Notes: a model not told the origin generated them from the sequence alone. DNA of 64,000 nucleotides from Chitinophagaceae bacterium (GCA_044221225.1 JBGAPQ010000018.1:10809-74808), one strand, 5' to 3'; positions 27,522-39,004 are shown, counted from the first letter of the stretch. A program made the numbers and translations.

Positions 27522-30500
27522 TTATCGCATCAGGTACATTTTACCGTATCCCTTATTGAAATACTTATCTGTATTATCACCCGTCGCCTTATACTTGTCC
27601 AATGCTTTGCCATTCAGGTTCGTTACAACCCTGTATAAATAGATACCATTCGCCAGTTTCTGGCCGTACTGGTCAGTACCGTCCCATTTGAATTCAGTGA
27701 TATTTCTGCCTATCCGCAATGGCCCTAACTCGTCTTTGGTGATCTCTCGGACAATTTTGCCCGTCACAGTCATGATTTCAATCTTGATATTCTGAGGAAC
27801 TTCACTACCTGTAATGGTAAATACAAACGCAGTTGACGTAGTAAAAGGATTTGGATAATTGAGCATATTCGAAATCATCGGCTTATTGATAACTTCAAAC
27901 AGTACACGGTACTCAATACTACCTGCTTCGTTATTACTTTTGTCTTTACCTGTAATAATCATTTCATACTCACCATCCTGCTGGAAATATGGTTTAAAAT
28001 TAATAGTAGCAGTATTGTCCGGATTGGGGGCCTGGCCTGCGGGAGTAAACCGAAGAGTATCATTATTGAAATAGAATCTTCTTAATGTGCCATTGGGAAA
28101 ACGAACCTGCAATGTAAGCAGGGAGGTATCATCCAATATCATCCATTTTGCTTCATCCTTAAGTTTAACGAGTATATCAGGTCTTGAAGAAACTATATCC
28201 CTGTTAAGAATATGCATTCCGTCAAATGTTACATCCAGCAACGGATTGAGGCTGTCAGGCTTAACATACAAGCCGCGGTATGCAAAATTGTTGAAATGAT
28301 ATTGCTCCAACTGATCATTATCCGGATTAGCTTCTATGTACACAGTATTCGCTCCCGGGAAAGACCCGGTATTCACCAGTGTGCCTATTTGTAATGTATC
28401 ATTTACCGGTAAAGGCCGTCTTCGGGGAAGCGGAATGATATGGGGTACATTGCTCCTGTCAGTAATCACCATCTTTACTTTCACACTATCAAACGCTACT
28501 TCACTTACATTCTTAAACCCAACCTTAAAATTGTAGGGCTCTCCCACTTCAAGTGTATCCTTTACTACAAGGTGCAGGTTTGGCGCAATAGCTCCTTCCG
28601 GAACAGGTACATAAGTGATTCTCCAGTAGCGGAGCTGGTAAGGCGTATAGTTAACATTGTCTGTTGTACGCATTTTTAATTTTACAAATGGGTACACACC
28701 CGGATCAATTGATGAAACATCAAAATCCTGCTGGGCGGTAGTTAATCCACTGAATAATGTCTGTTCCGTTCCTGCTGTTGTAATACCTATCACATCCACA
28801 GTAGCAGTATCGCCGGTCGCTTCACTATTACCTCTCCATTTAAGCTGTCTCCATTCCCGGGCAGGTCCGAACACAGGAGAGGTGATATGTCCAACAGTAT
28901 CGTTTGTAACGCAATCAACTGATAAGGTCGGGTTATCAGTTAACCCTTGCCCCATTATCCATTTTGGAGTAAAAGTTGGATCATTTTTCTTGTAAACGAG
29001 AGCCCATGGTCTTGCCCTGTAGAACGAATCAATACTGCTTAACCCTGCATTTTTCAGGTAATGGTACAGCGATTGACCGGTACCATGAATAGCTTCATCA
29101 GCTGCCCAATCTGCCGCCCACGCATTAGGAAATCCATATCCCGGATCCAATGTAAAATTCCTGACAACAACATAAGCACCATTCGGTATTACATCCCGCA
29201 TGAAGTCCATCATTTTTCTGCGACTCGAAGTATCAGTATACCTGTACTCAAAATTGAACCATTTAGTACTTCCGAAGCAGTTATTGTCTGTACTTCCATA
29301 AAGCCCCTGGCCCAATGAAGAAGGGTATGTATTAGCCACCACCCTTTGATTTATCCATGGCTTGAATGAAACTGGATCAAAAACGTTAAACACCAGTGAA
29401 GAGAACCAGCACATCAGGCGAATAGACGCAATACCATCGACCGCCACAGATAAACAAGCCTCCTGCGTACACCCGCTTGACACCCAAGTACCCTGTTTTA
29501 CAAATAAGTTGTGATTAACAGGCCCAAATTTCAGAGAGTGATTTGCTGAATCAATTTGAATTCTTTCATATTCAGATTTTGTATGCTGATAAAAGTCAGA
29601 CTGATTAAAGCCTAGATCACTGCTGTTAGGACCAGTGCTGCTCAGGTAAACAAACGATGATTTATTCCAGACAGGCTGCCCTGTCACCGGAACAGGGGCT
29701 ACCCGCCAATGATATACAGCACTGTCACGAAGTGTACTACCATGAGTAAATTCCAAAACACCGCCTGAGGAGGTAATTGTTCTCGTTATTTTAGCCGGGG
29801 AATTAAAAAACTCAGTGGTATCCATCTCCATCATATACTGTTTTGTTCCGCCAAATGGGTTTGCCGTAGATGCCACCAGTTTTACATCCTGCTTGTTAAT
29901 AATTGCATAAGTGTACGGATACACAGGTCTTGCTTCATCTTCGTAAATGAATATGTCTTTTGTAATACAATTATTTGTTTCATATAATTCATCAACGGTA
30001 TTATCAGCATCAACACAGATAGATATCCTGTTCAGTCCTTTATCCCTGGTGGCAACAATATCAATTGGATAAGAAAGAGAATCAATAAAACGAATGCCGG
30101 GAATAGTATCCCTGCGGATAACTTCTGTTATATTATTAGGATATGTTCTTTTAACCTCAACAACTATATTCTTATTAATAGCTTTACCCAGGTTCATAAA
30201 CTTGGCATCCACATTAAAATGAGTTTCTGCCACAGAAATAAATGAAGGATTTACTTTCACTAACTGGTCTTCTATAACATAATCAGGTTTGGTAAAAGAT
30301 GTATTAAGCTTTATGGCAGGATCGCCGTGCAATGTCGTTTGCTCTGTATGAAACCGGGCATAATAATCATTCTGCGTCGTTAAATTAAAAACCTGGGTAA
30401 TAGACTCTCTTAATATCTCCCCAAGTGTTTTACCATAGCTATTTACCGAAGCAGCCGTCATTGTCTTGGTATTGAAAATATCCAGGTAATGTACAATACC

Positions 30501-32624
30501 AAAGTGAGTACTGGCGATAAATGCAATTGATCCCCGTTGATTTGCCAATACAAATTTTTCAGATAATGTCTCTTTGGTGATGAAACGAAGAATATTAAAA
30601 TTGAAAAAATTACCTGCATTACAACCCATCACTATAGTTACTGGATATTTACCCGGGTTATTATACTGGTCAGGATTATCAAGGTTAAACTCAAGGGTAG
30701 TGGCTGAAGAGTGTCCAAAATACGTCAGCAGTCCGATACCCTCTTCATAAAGCCGGTACAGCTTTTCACTACTGGCCTGTTCCACCGGGGCAGAAGACAC
30801 TTTACTGAATGTATGAACATTAGCACCCATCATTGTATCTGAAACAATCGCTTTATACCGGTCCATATCAGCAGTAAGAATGGCTCCGAGAGACCCGTCA
30901 GCTGCGCCAATTACATGTGCTATATTTTTCATCCATGCTTTATCGGCAATAAGTGGTGATGAAAATGCCTGTTGCTGCTCATATTGAATAACTTTTGCAA
31001 GATAAATAGCCACTTCATTTCCATTAATAGCGGAAATACGTCCAATTGATACTTTTGGTATACCATCACCTCCCGGTTCAGTTGCCAATAAATTATCAGA
31101 CGCCGGAAATCCAAAAGTTGGAATGAATGATAGCTTTTCGACTTCAGTGTTACTTTCATATCCCCTGTACTGAACATAGTTAAGGCCCTTTCCCAAAAGC
31201 AATACATTCTTTACGGGTGAAGAATAATTGTCTCTTGCCCATAAAATAAAATTCCTGATTGCACCGGGATTCTTTTTTATTCCATAACCAAACTGGTCAA
31301 TCAACTCATCTATAAGGTAAATTTTTGCAGAATGGCCGCCCCCGGCAGCAGAACTCCGGTAATTCCTGTATTCTTCAACAGGATTGCTCCCCCCTGCTGT
31401 AGTCATCAAATATGGATGAGATATAATAAGATAGTCACCCTGATTGGCAGAGATACTGTAGTCGATAAAATTCCGCTGTTGTAATGAAGTAACAGGAGTT
31501 CCCGGATATGAGAAATTCATTAACAACAATTTTCTGCTTACAGAAGATGGTTCAAGCGCTACCTTAACTAAAGAAGGATTGGAAACATCCCCAATATACC
31601 TTTTGCCATTAGTCATATCATAAAGAACAGGCCCCGTACCTCCGTGATTGAATCCGCTTATCTCCAGGTAATTTCCAGATGTATTAGCGGCAAGCTCAAA
31701 TGAGAAAATATTAGCTCCGCCAAAATTAAACTGACGGGCATATAATAGTTCAGTCTTCCCGATAACCATCCTGTCATTGGGAAGCGTTGTAATATTCTTT
31801 ACTTCAACATTGGCAGCGCCGCTGCTTATTAAGCCCGTGGCAAAAGAAACCTGTGCTTTTTTATAATCAAAGAAATCCATTGTTTCTGTTGAAACAAGTG
31901 TGCTATTTACTTTTATTTCAAATTGCCGGGGATTTAATGCATTGCCGGATGCATTAATCTTTAGCACTGGTGCAGGTGCGCCGGCTCCACTGTATGGAAA
32001 TAAGTTTGCAAAATTTTCTGCCGTTGTGCTTCCTGTTCCAATATCATTTGATGTCCATCCCTCCCCCTGATCATAAGAAGATGAATAGACATATTCACCA
32101 ACTACAGCTGCATAACCGGGATTTAATTTATCCCTGTAATATTTTCCGGCTGTATACATAAAGTATGGTTCTGCCGGCAATGCTGAAGGAAGAGTATTAG
32201 CCGCCGGCACTAAACGAAGGTTACTGCCACCCGGATTAATAGTAAGAAAGAAAAAAGCGGTATCAGATTCAAGGCTCCATTTATCATTCAGTTGAAAATC
32301 AGTATTCCTGTATAATTGATTATCAGGTTTACCATCATTCATTTCTCCCCAAAACTCTATATATCCACTGCTGCCCAACGGACCCGCTTGTGCTGTTGTA
32401 TAAAGAGGTATTTGCTGGCCATTTCTCCAAAGCTGGAAATGCTCTGCAGGTGTGTTGCCAATACCAAGCCCGTCCAATACAGGCTGACTGATTCTGTAAA
32501 GGCCTGTAGCCCCTACTTTAAATTTATAGTACGTTTTGCTATAGTCTATCCATTCATTGTAAAATGATTGCGCCCCGGCAACCAAATTTGTGCAAACTAA
32601 AAGCAGAAGTAAAAATCTTTTCAT
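27522..32624 (-). CDS. porU: Type IX secretion system C-terminal signal peptidase/sortase PorU (peptidase C25 family), unusually long
   Basis: 1700 aa with a signal peptide. The C25 catalytic His is in LTYFGHSS and the Cys in IVMGCNAGNF. The C-terminus carries a T9SS CTD (YPNPFTTSTAFVFT...GKMYLMR). It lies immediately downstream of porV. Confidence 0.75.
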   Translation of the reverse strand: MKRFLLLLLVCTNLVAGAQSFYNEWIDYSKTYYKFKVGATGLYRISQPVLDGLGIGNTPAEHFQLWRNGQQIPLYTTAQAGPLGSSGYIEFWGEMNDGKPDNQLYRNTDFQLNDKWSLESDTAFFFLTINPGGSNLRLVPAANTLPSALPAEPYFMYTAGKYYRDKLNPGYAAVVGEYVYSSSYDQGEGWTSNDIGTGSTTAENFANLFPYSGAGAPAPVLKINASGNALNPRQFEIKVNSTLVSTETMDFFDYKKAQVSFATGLISSGAANVEVKNITTLPNDRMVIGKTELLYARQFNFGGANIFSFELAANTSGNYLEISGFNHGGTGPVLYDMTNGKRYIGDVSNPSLVKVALEPSSVSRKLLLMNFSYPGTPVTSLQQRNFIDYSISANQGDYLIISHPYLMTTAGGSNPVEEYRNYRSSAAGGGHSAKIYLIDELIDQFGYGIKKNPGAIRNFILWARDNYSSPVKNVLLLGKGLNYVQYRGYESNTEVEKLSFIPTFGFPASDNLLATEPGGDGIPKVSIGRISAINGNEVAIYLAKVIQYEQQQAFSSPLIADKAWMKNIAHVIGAADGSLGAILTADMDRYKAIVSDTMMGANVHTFSKVSSAPVEQASSEKLYRLYEEGIGLLTYFGHSSATTLEFNLDNPDQYNNPGKYPVTIVMGCNAGNFFNFNILRFITKETLSEKFVLANQRGSIAFIASTHFGIVHYLDIFNTKTMTAASVNSYGKTLGEILRESITQVFNLTTQNDYYARFHTEQTTLHGDPAIKLNTSFTKPDYVIEDQLVKVNPSFISVAETHFNVDAKFMNLGKAINKNIVVEVKRTYPNNITEVIRRDTIPGIRFIDSLSYPIDIVATRDKGLNRISICVDADNTVDELYETNNCITKDIFIYEDEARPVYPYTYAIINKQDVKLVASTANPFGGTKQYMMEMDTTEFFNSPAKITRTITSSGGVLEFTHGSTLRDSAVYHWRVAPVPVTGQPVWNKSSFVYLSSTGPNSSDLGFNQSDFYQHTKSEYERIQIDSANHSLKFGPVNHNLFVKQGTWVSSGCTQEACLSVAVDGIASIRLMCWFSSLVFNVFDPVSFKPWINQRVVANTYPSSLGQGLYGSTDNNCFGSTKWFNFEYRYTDTSSRRKMMDFMRDVIPNGAYVVVRNFTLDPGYGFPNAWAADWAADEAIHGTGQSLYHYLKNAGLSSIDSFYRARPWALVYKKNDPTFTPKWIMGQGLTDNPTLSVDCVTNDTVGHITSPVFGPAREWRQLKWRGNSEATGDTATVDVIGITTAGTEQTLFSGLTTAQQDFDVSSIDPGVYPFVKLKMRTTDNVNYTPYQLRYWRITYVPVPEGAIAPNLHLVVKDTLEVGEPYNFKVGFKNVSEVAFDSVKVKMVITDRSNVPHIIPLPRRRPLPVNDTLQIGTLVNTGSFPGANTVYIEANPDNDQLEQYHFNNFAYRGLYVKPDSLNPLLDVTFDGMHILNRDIVSSRPDILVKLKDEAKWMILDDTSLLTLQVRFPNGTLRRFYFNNDTLRFTPAGQAPNPDNTATINFKPYFQQDGEYEMIITGKDKSNNEAGSIEYRVLFEVINKPMISNMLNYPNPFTTSTAFVFTITGSEVPQNIKIEIMTVTGKIVREITKDELGPLRIGRNITEFKWDGTDQYGQKLANGIYLYRVVTNLNGKALDKYKATGDNTDKYFNKGYGKMYLMR

Positions 32625-32655
32625 GGAATAAAAGTTTATTCAGGTACAGACAGAT

Positions 32656-33768
32656 TTATTGGTTTTTGTTCTTATTTCCAGCCATATTTAATCGTAATGA
32701 AAAAACATGAGTAAATAAAGGGTTAGTCTGGTTGGCCAGATTAGTGAAGGCATAATCCACTGCCACATTCTGAATCCGGAACCCAGCACCTGCACTTGGC
32801 TGATATATCCATACTTTCTTTTGATTCACAGTATCCCCATCGTATAAAGCCTTCTGAAAGTTATTAATTCCCCCACGCAGGAAAAATACATTGTTGATAT
32901 TTAATTCAAGCCCAAGTTTAGGATCAGCACTTACAGGATCGGCGCTTATCAGTGTATTACGCTGTCCGTCAAAAGTTACATCCAGATTAGCTTCGGCTAA
33001 AAGGCTTGATTTTTGCCCCAGTTTAAACTCCCTTCCGATTCCTAAAACCAGTCTGGGGGCCGTAAGCTCTGTTGATTTCACCGGAATTTCATTATTAGTC
33101 AGATACAATACTTCTTTTTCTTTTTCAGTAAAAGTAAATGACCAGGCATTGAATGTGCTTGTAATATCTCTTCCTGCTATACCAAATTTCCAGCGATTAC
33201 TTTGTATTTGCAACCCTGCATCCAAGCCAAAACCCCAGGCCCTGGCAAATTTGCCAACACTGCGGTGAATCACTTTTGCATTCAGGCCAAAGTTTACTTT
33301 TTTCCGCTCTTTATCTTTTATTTTTTGGGCAAATGAGAAAATGAAAGCATAATCAGCAGAAGAAAATGACTGAATATTATTGTAATTCACTGAACCATCC
33401 GGCTCCACTAAAAATAAAGTATTCATAATATCATCCACTGCAAAACGGAGACCTGTAATGCCGATTGTACGTTTATTATTAGAAGTGGGAAATGCAATAC
33501 TTGCATAATCATACTTGCCAATTCCGGCGAAATACTCAGCATGCATCAGGTTCAGTTGAGGATGATCTTTGATACTGACAAGGCCGGCAGGGTTCCAGTA
33601 ACCCGCTGTTCCATCATTAACTGATGCCACCTGTGCACTGCCCATAGCAAGGCCTCTGGCACCAGCGCCAATATTCAAAAACTCGTTGGAGTATTTTCGG
33701 AATTGCGCATTGGCAAATTGAAACAGAAAGATTGCAAGTACGGTAAGATATAAGCGGTTCGTTTTCAT
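32656..33768 (-). CDS. porV: T9SS outer-membrane beta-barrel shuttle protein PorV (LptO)
   Basis: 370 aa with a signal peptide. FLNIGAGARGLAMGSAQVA is the conserved PorV N-terminal motif. It has a beta-barrel-like alternating pattern ending with an aromatic-rich C-terminus. Confidence 0.8.
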   Translation of the reverse strand: MKTNRLYLTVLAIFLFQFANAQFRKYSNEFLNIGAGARGLAMGSAQVASVNDGTAGYWNPAGLVSIKDHPQLNLMHAEYFAGIGKYDYASIAFPTSNNKRTIGITGLRFAVDDIMNTLFLVEPDGSVNYNNIQSFSSADYAFIFSFAQKIKDKERKKVNFGLNAKVIHRSVGKFARAWGFGLDAGLQIQSNRWKFGIAGRDITSTFNAWSFTFTEKEKEVLYLTNNEIPVKSTELTAPRLVLGIGREFKLGQKSSLLAEANLDVTFDGQRNTLISADPVSADPKLGLELNINNVFFLRGGINNFQKALYDGDTVNQKKVWIYQPSAGAGFRIQNVAVDYAFTNLANQTNPLFTHVFSLRLNMAGNKNKNQ

Positions 33769-33945
33769 TCATTGAATTTTCAAATAAGCAATGGAATAAG
33801 ACATGTCTTCAGTATGTACGGATAGCTTGTAAAATTAGTCTTTAGCCTTGTAAATTCATAGGTTTGTGGCAGCAAAAGACTAAACCCTGAAAACGAATAA
33901 ATTATATAAATATTGCCTTTAATGTTCCACAAACCTAAACTGCCT

Positions 33946-33953
33946 TACTTTTG
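33946..33953 (+). promoter_or_regulatory. -7 box (TACTTTTG) for tyrS
   Basis: This is an exact TAnnTTTG match about 55 nt upstream of the tyrS ATG. Confidence 0.4.
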
Positions 33954-34008
33954 CAAGGCCCTATTATTTTCTCTAATACTATAAACTGTAAATCACAGAT
34001 TTAGATAT

Positions 34009-35286
34009 ATGAGCCTGATTGAAGAATTACGATGGAGAGGTATGATACAGGATATCATGCCGGGAACAGAGGAGCAATTAAACAAAGAGATGACTACTGG
34101 TTATATCGGTTTCGACCCCACGGCCGACAGCCTGCATATTGGCAGCCTTGTACCTATTTTATTACTGGTTCATTTTCAAAAAGCGGGGCACAAACCTATT
34201 GCACTGGTAGGCGGCGCCACAGGTATGGTGGGTGACCCAAGTGGAAAAAGTGAAGAAAGGAACCTGCTTAGTGAAGAAACATTACAAAAAAATGTGGCTG
34301 GTGTAAAAGCTCAATTAGAAAAATTCCTTGACTTCAACCCTTCCCTGCCTAATGCCGCCGAGATGGCCAATAATTATGATTGGTTCAGGAATATTTCTTT
34401 TATTGATTTCTTAAGAGAGGCGGGAAAGCATATTACGGTGAACTACATGATGGCTAAGGATAGTGTGAAAAAAAGGATTGAAGGAGATACAGGTATTAGC
34501 TACACCGAGTTTGCTTATCAACTGATGCAGGGTTATGATTTTTATTGGTTGCACCAGCATAAAAATTGTAAACTGCAAATGGGCGGCAGTGATCAGTGGG
34601 GTAATATGACTACAGGAACCGAACTCATCCGTCGCAAATGCGGAGGCGAAGCATTTGTATTTACCAATCCACTTATTACAAAGACTGATGGTGGCAAGTT
34701 TGGAAAAACAGAAAGCGGAAATGTATGGTTAGACCCAGTCAGAACATCGCCTTATCAGTTTTACCAGTTTTGGCTCAATGCCAGTGATGCTGATGCAGAA
34801 AAATGGATTAAAATATTTACGTTCCTTACCCGGGATGCAATAGAAATGCTGATACATGAACACAGAGTGAACCCGGCGGAGAGAGTCTTACAAAAAACCC
34901 TGGCACAGGAAATAACCATTTTCGTTCATGGAAAGGAAGAATACGAAAAGGCGGTGGAAACAACACAAAAACTTTTTGCCAATCAAAATGCTCCTGCTGA
35001 AAGCCTGAGTATTCAAGACCTGGAAGGAATGGAAGGTGTAGTGAAAAGCAATTTTCCAAAAGAAAAAATTACCGCAGGCATTGACATTGTTTCTTTCCTG
35101 GCAGAAACAGCGATTTTTGACAGCAAGGGCAATGCAAGAAAAAATGTACAAGGTGGAGGCGTAAGTATCAACAGAAAGAAAGTAGAAGCAGCAGATTATA
35201 AAATTGATCCTTCACTGCTATTACATGATAAGTATATACTTGTGCAAAAAGGCAAAAAGAATTATTACCTGATTCAGGTTATTTAG
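34009..35286 (+). CDS. tyrS: Tyrosyl-tRNA synthetase
   Basis: 425 aa. It has a HIGH-type motif (DSLHIGSL), a KMSKS-type motif (KFGKT) and a C-terminal S4-like domain. Confidence 0.95.
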   Translation: MSLIEELRWRGMIQDIMPGTEEQLNKEMTTGYIGFDPTADSLHIGSLVPILLLVHFQKAGHKPIALVGGATGMVGDPSGKSEERNLLSEETLQKNVAGVKAQLEKFLDFNPSLPNAAEMANNYDWFRNISFIDFLREAGKHITVNYMMAKDSVKKRIEGDTGISYTEFAYQLMQGYDFYWLHQHKNCKLQMGGSDQWGNMTTGTELIRRKCGGEAFVFTNPLITKTDGGKFGKTESGNVWLDPVRTSPYQFYQFWLNASDADAEKWIKIFTFLTRDAIEMLIHEHRVNPAERVLQKTLAQEITIFVHGKEEYEKAVETTQKLFANQNAPAESLSIQDLEGMEGVVKSNFPKEKITAGIDIVSFLAETAIFDSKGNARKNVQGGGVSINRKKVEAADYKIDPSLLLHDKYILVQKGKKNYYLIQVI

Positions 35287-35295
35287 TTTACATAA

Positions 35296-35937
35296 TTGAA
35301 AAAAGTTTATTTTATAAGCGGATTAGGTGCTGACAAAAGAGTCTTTTCCTTTCTTGATCTTTCTTTTTGTACGCCAATATTTATAGATTGGATCCAACCA
35401 GAAATTAATGAATCACTCGAAAGCTATGCGAATCGGCTAAAAGAGTTTATCACTGAACCTTCACCAGTCATAGTGGGTATTTCTTTCGGAGGAATGCTCG
35501 CCACAGAAATAGCTAAAGTGAATCCACAAAGCAAAGTAATTATCATTTCAAGTAATAAGGTTGCAACAGAACTTCCTCTCTACTTTAGAATGGGCAAGTA
35601 TTTTCCGGTTTACAGATGGGCACCTGTTTCTTTGACAAAAAGTCTCATGCTCCGTTCAACTTGGATACTTGGCGGAAAAAATAAAGAGCAAAAGGAAGTT
35701 TTGCGAAACATCATCCGTGATTCTGATACCCGATTTGTTAAATGGGCTATAAATGCAATACTATACTGGAAAAACAAAGAAATACCGGGGAATCTTACTC
35801 ATATTCATGGAAAGGCCGACAAATTATTACCATATCAATATGTAAAGGCTGACTTTACCGTAGATGGAGGCACTCATGTTATGACTTTAGATAATCCTAA
35901 CGAAGTTTCAGTCTTATTAAAAAAATTACTGCAATAA
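35296..35937 (+). CDS. Alpha/beta hydrolase
   Basis: 213 aa with the nucleophile elbow GISFGG. The start codon is TTG. Confidence 0.65.
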   Translation: MKKVYFISGLGADKRVFSFLDLSFCTPIFIDWIQPEINESLESYANRLKEFITEPSPVIVGISFGGMLATEIAKVNPQSKVIIISSNKVATELPLYFRMGKYFPVYRWAPVSLTKSLMLRSTWILGGKNKEQKEVLRNIIRDSDTRFVKWAINAILYWKNKEIPGNLTHIHGKADKLLPYQYVKADFTVDGGTHVMTLDNPNEVSVLLKKLLQ

Positions 35938-36594
35938 TTTTATACCCTTCCACATTGCATCAGCCACTAATTGATTTCCTTTGGCATTCAGGTGCACCCG
36001 GTCATATGTAAGAATGTCTTTTTCTTTATTATCAGGATTATTGGCTTTATTATAGTCAAGAAATTTCTGACGCAGATCCACCAGTGGAAGATTATTCTTC
36101 CCGGCAATGCCCCTGATAATATTGCTATAGCGATTCAGATCCCCATCCAGTTGATTACTCATGTCCGTCTTTTCTCCTACTACAGCAGGTGTGCAAAGAA
36201 TCACTTTAATATTTTTCTCTTTCAGTTTTTTCAAAATAGCTGAATAAAATTTCTCGAACTTATCAGGATCAGTACCTGTACCCAGTAATGTTTTATGCCA
36301 TACATCATTTACACCAATGTAAATAACAACAACATCAGGATTCTTACTCAACACATCATCCTCTAACCGCAAATACAGGTCATATACCTTATTGCCTCCA
36401 ATACCAGCCCCAATAAAATCAAATTGATCACCCTTTCCTTCTGCCCTACACATACTATCCACCCTTGTTACATATCCACCCGGTTTTACTCCCAGTTCTG
36501 TAATAGAATCACCAAAGAAAATGACCTTTGTTTTCTTTTGAGGCACAAAAGCAACAAGTAAAACAACAAGTAAAGAGAAGAGTATTTTTTTCAT
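35926..36594 (-). CDS. SGNH/GDSL hydrolase
   Basis: 222 aa with a signal peptide, block I FFGDSIT, GINDVW and DRVHLN (block V). Confidence 0.8.
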   Translation of the reverse strand: MKKILFSLLVVLLVAFVPQKKTKVIFFGDSITELGVKPGGYVTRVDSMCRAEGKGDQFDFIGAGIGGNKVYDLYLRLEDDVLSKNPDVVVIYIGVNDVWHKTLLGTGTDPDKFEKFYSAILKKLKEKNIKVILCTPAVVGEKTDMSNQLDGDLNRYSNIIRGIAGKNNLPLVDLRQKFLDYNKANNPDNKEKDILTYDRVHLNAKGNQLVADAMWKGIKLLQ

Positions 36595-36694
36595 ACCTAA
36601 AGATTAATAAAAAAGAGCACCTGTTATCAGATGCTTCACAATATAAAACAGTTGCTCTAACCTTTAACTATTAAACCCTAAAACCTTTCAATCT

Positions 36695-37591
36695 TCACTC
36701 CACATCCACCTGCTTCTTTATCACTGAGCCATCACTGGCTTCAGGCAGGTATTTTCTTTCTTTTATCAGGTAACCATTCCCTTTCTCACAAAAATGCACT
36801 TTCAGGTTTTCAATGCTGATCGGGTTACCATCAGGTATGTCTGCAATATTAGAATGAAGAATATCATGCCCGTCAATAATGATAACCAGCCCACTGCCGA
36901 TAGCTTCCATTTTATTACCTTCTGTGATTAGCATACCTGTGTCTTCACCCAAGCCAACACCGATACAACCCGGGTTCGCAGCCACAGCTTGTGCCAATCT
37001 TCCAAAACGGCCTCTCTTTTCAAAATGCGAATCAATAATGATATTATTCATAAAGCCAAGGCCAGTAGTGATCTTTACTTCTCCTTTCAGGTGTGCCCTT
37101 GTGGCATTGCCTTCATAGATCATTGTGTTGCTCATTGCCATAGCGCCTGCCGAAGTGCCTGCAATCAAAAAATTTTCATCCTCTTTATATCGTTTCTTCA
37201 GGATGGTAAGAAATTCTGTCCCCCCATCGGTAGCGCTAAGCCGAAGTTGATTACCTCCGCTAAACATCACGGCATCGCAGTGACGGATACGTTCCACATA
37301 TTCATCATTCATCGCATCCTGCCGTGTGCGGATATGCAAAAGACCGATATTGGTACATCCAATTTTTCCAAAAGCATCCAGGTAATTCTCCCCCACTTCA
37401 TAAGGGATCATTGAAGCTGTAGTAATAACTTCTATCCGGGCATTTACGCCACCTGCTTCTTCCACCACCCGGCGAAGAATACCGAGCTCAAAAAAGTTGA
37501 GATTGTTACGTTGAAAGCCGTCTACTTCCAGTTCTGTTCCCTTGTGTTCAGCTCCGCCTATAGCTATCAGTTTTCCCTTCGGGTTACTCAT
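36695..37591 (-). CDS. cphB: Cyanophycinase (peptidase S51), no signal peptide
   Basis: 298 aa with IAIGGAE, FSGGNQ and the nucleophile motif GTSAGA. It lies opposite cphA. Confidence 0.85.
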   Translation of the reverse strand: MSNPKGKLIAIGGAEHKGTELEVDGFQRNNLNFFELGILRRVVEEAGGVNARIEVITTASMIPYEVGENYLDAFGKIGCTNIGLLHIRTRQDAMNDEYVERIRHCDAVMFSGGNQLRLSATDGGTEFLTILKKRYKEDENFLIAGTSAGAMAMSNTMIYEGNATRAHLKGEVKITTGLGFMNNIIIDSHFEKRGRFGRLAQAVAANPGCIGVGLGEDTGMLITEGNKMEAIGSGLVIIIDGHDILHSNIADIPDGNPISIENLKVHFCEKGNGYLIKERKYLPEASDGSVIKKQVDVE

Positions 37592-37681
37592 TCATTGGGG
37601 TTTGATTAAAACAAATGTAGCAGAAAAATAAATTAACGCTGAAAAGAACGATTTCGTTTGTGGATATGTGGAAAATATTTG

Positions 37682-39004
37682 TTACGCTGTTCTTTTGAAC
37701 CGGCTGGTTAAAAAATAAATTCCAACGCCGATCACAGCTATTAAACTGCCCCACAAGGCAAACCATCCTGTAGAGAAAAATAAAAACAACCAGATAGCAA
37801 TGGAGAGGATGACAGGCACCGGGAATAACCACATTTTGAAAGGAAGGTCTTTTGACCCAAATCGTTTCCTGAGCAGCGTTACTCCGGCTGACTGCCCGAT
37901 AAATTGTATTACAATCCGCATAGCCAGTATAGAGCTGATAACATCTGAGAGTTTGAATAACAAACTAAAAACAAAGCCCGATGCACATAATACAAGCAGT
38001 GATATATAAGGAAAGTTCTTTACAGGGTGCAATCTGGCAAATGGTTTAAAGAAGTTCCCGTCCACCGCGGCTGCATAAGGCACCCTTGAATAACCCAGCA
38101 CCACAGCAAACAAAGAAGAAAATGCTATACAGAGAATTAAAATTGTAACAATAATTCCTGCCTGCTGGCCATATATGGTCTGCATAAAAGTACTTACCAG
38201 GTATTTATCATCAGTCCTGACAACCTGCCAGGGAATTACTCCCATCACACTAATATTCATGAGAAGGTATAAAGTGGAAATTCCAATAATGGAAATAAAA
38301 ATGCTGCGGGGGATATTCTTACCCGGATTTTTAATCTCCCCTCCAAGATGGCATACATTGTAATAACCCAGGTAGGCATAAACTGTTTTTACAGAAGCCT
38401 GACCCACAGCTGCCCAAAAAGCATATGTAAAAAATGATTCTTCTCCCGATGGAAGTACCTTTACCGGTTGCTGCTGCGCCATTAATCCGCTGACAATGAT
38501 CCAGAGGATGGTCAGCACCACAATAGAACCCATTACAACAGAAATCTTTCCGATGGTTTCTATTTTCCGGTATAATAAAATAAAAACAAGAATAACAAGG
38601 CTGCCCGAAACGATTTTTTGCTGCCACAATTCTAACGGAATTATATAAGTAAGGTATTGTGCAAAACCAATAGAAGCAGACGCAACAACCAGCGGAGCCT
38701 GGATAGAAGTTTGCCAAACGAATAAAAAACTCATTAATCTGCCGCCTCTTTCTCCAAATGCAATACGGTGAAAATTATAGGTGCCGCCTGCTAATGGATA
38801 CTTTGCACCAAGTTCACTCCAGATCATTGCGTCTGCAAATGCAGTAACAGCGCCAAATATCCATGCCCATATAAATAATCCATCCGTGAATTGTGCCACC
38901 ACAAAAGGCATTACAACAAAGGGACCGATACCTACCATGTCTATCATGTTGATAGAGGTAGCCTGAAGCAGGTTGATCTTGCGGTTAGTTTGTGGAATGG
39001 ACAA
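37682..39004 (-). CDS. APC-superfamily amino acid permease
   Basis: It has about 12 TM helices and LLQATSINMIDMVGIGPF near the N-terminus. The start is uncertain. I use the TTG at 39004 (MSIPQTNRKINLLQ...). The ORF-track ATG at 39103 would overlap the upstream gene by 68 nt, and the ATG at 38947 would cut a conserved segment. Confidence 0.75.
   Translation of the reverse strand: MSIPQTNRKINLLQATSINMIDMVGIGPFVVMPFVVAQFTDGLFIWAWIFGAVTAFADAMIWSELGAKYPLAGGTYNFHRIAFGERGGRLMSFLFVWQTSIQAPLVVASASIGFAQYLTYIIPLELWQQKIVSGSLVILVFILLYRKIETIGKISVVMGSIVVLTILWIIVSGLMAQQQPVKVLPSGEESFFTYAFWAAVGQASVKTVYAYLGYYNVCHLGGEIKNPGKNIPRSIFISIIGISTLYLLMNISVMGVIPWQVVRTDDKYLVSTFMQTIYGQQAGIIVTILILCIAFSSLFAVVLGYSRVPYAAAVDGNFFKPFARLHPVKNFPYISLLVLCASGFVFSLLFKLSDVISSILAMRIVIQFIGQSAGVTLLRKRFGSKDLPFKMWLFPVPVILSIAIWLFLFFSTGWFALWGSLIAVIGVGIYFLTSRFKRTA

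Noticed and set aside
33769-34008. T-box or other leader upstream of tyrS
   Set aside because: No specifier or T-box sequence is recognisable, and T-boxes are not expected in Bacteroidota. Only a -7 promoter box was kept.
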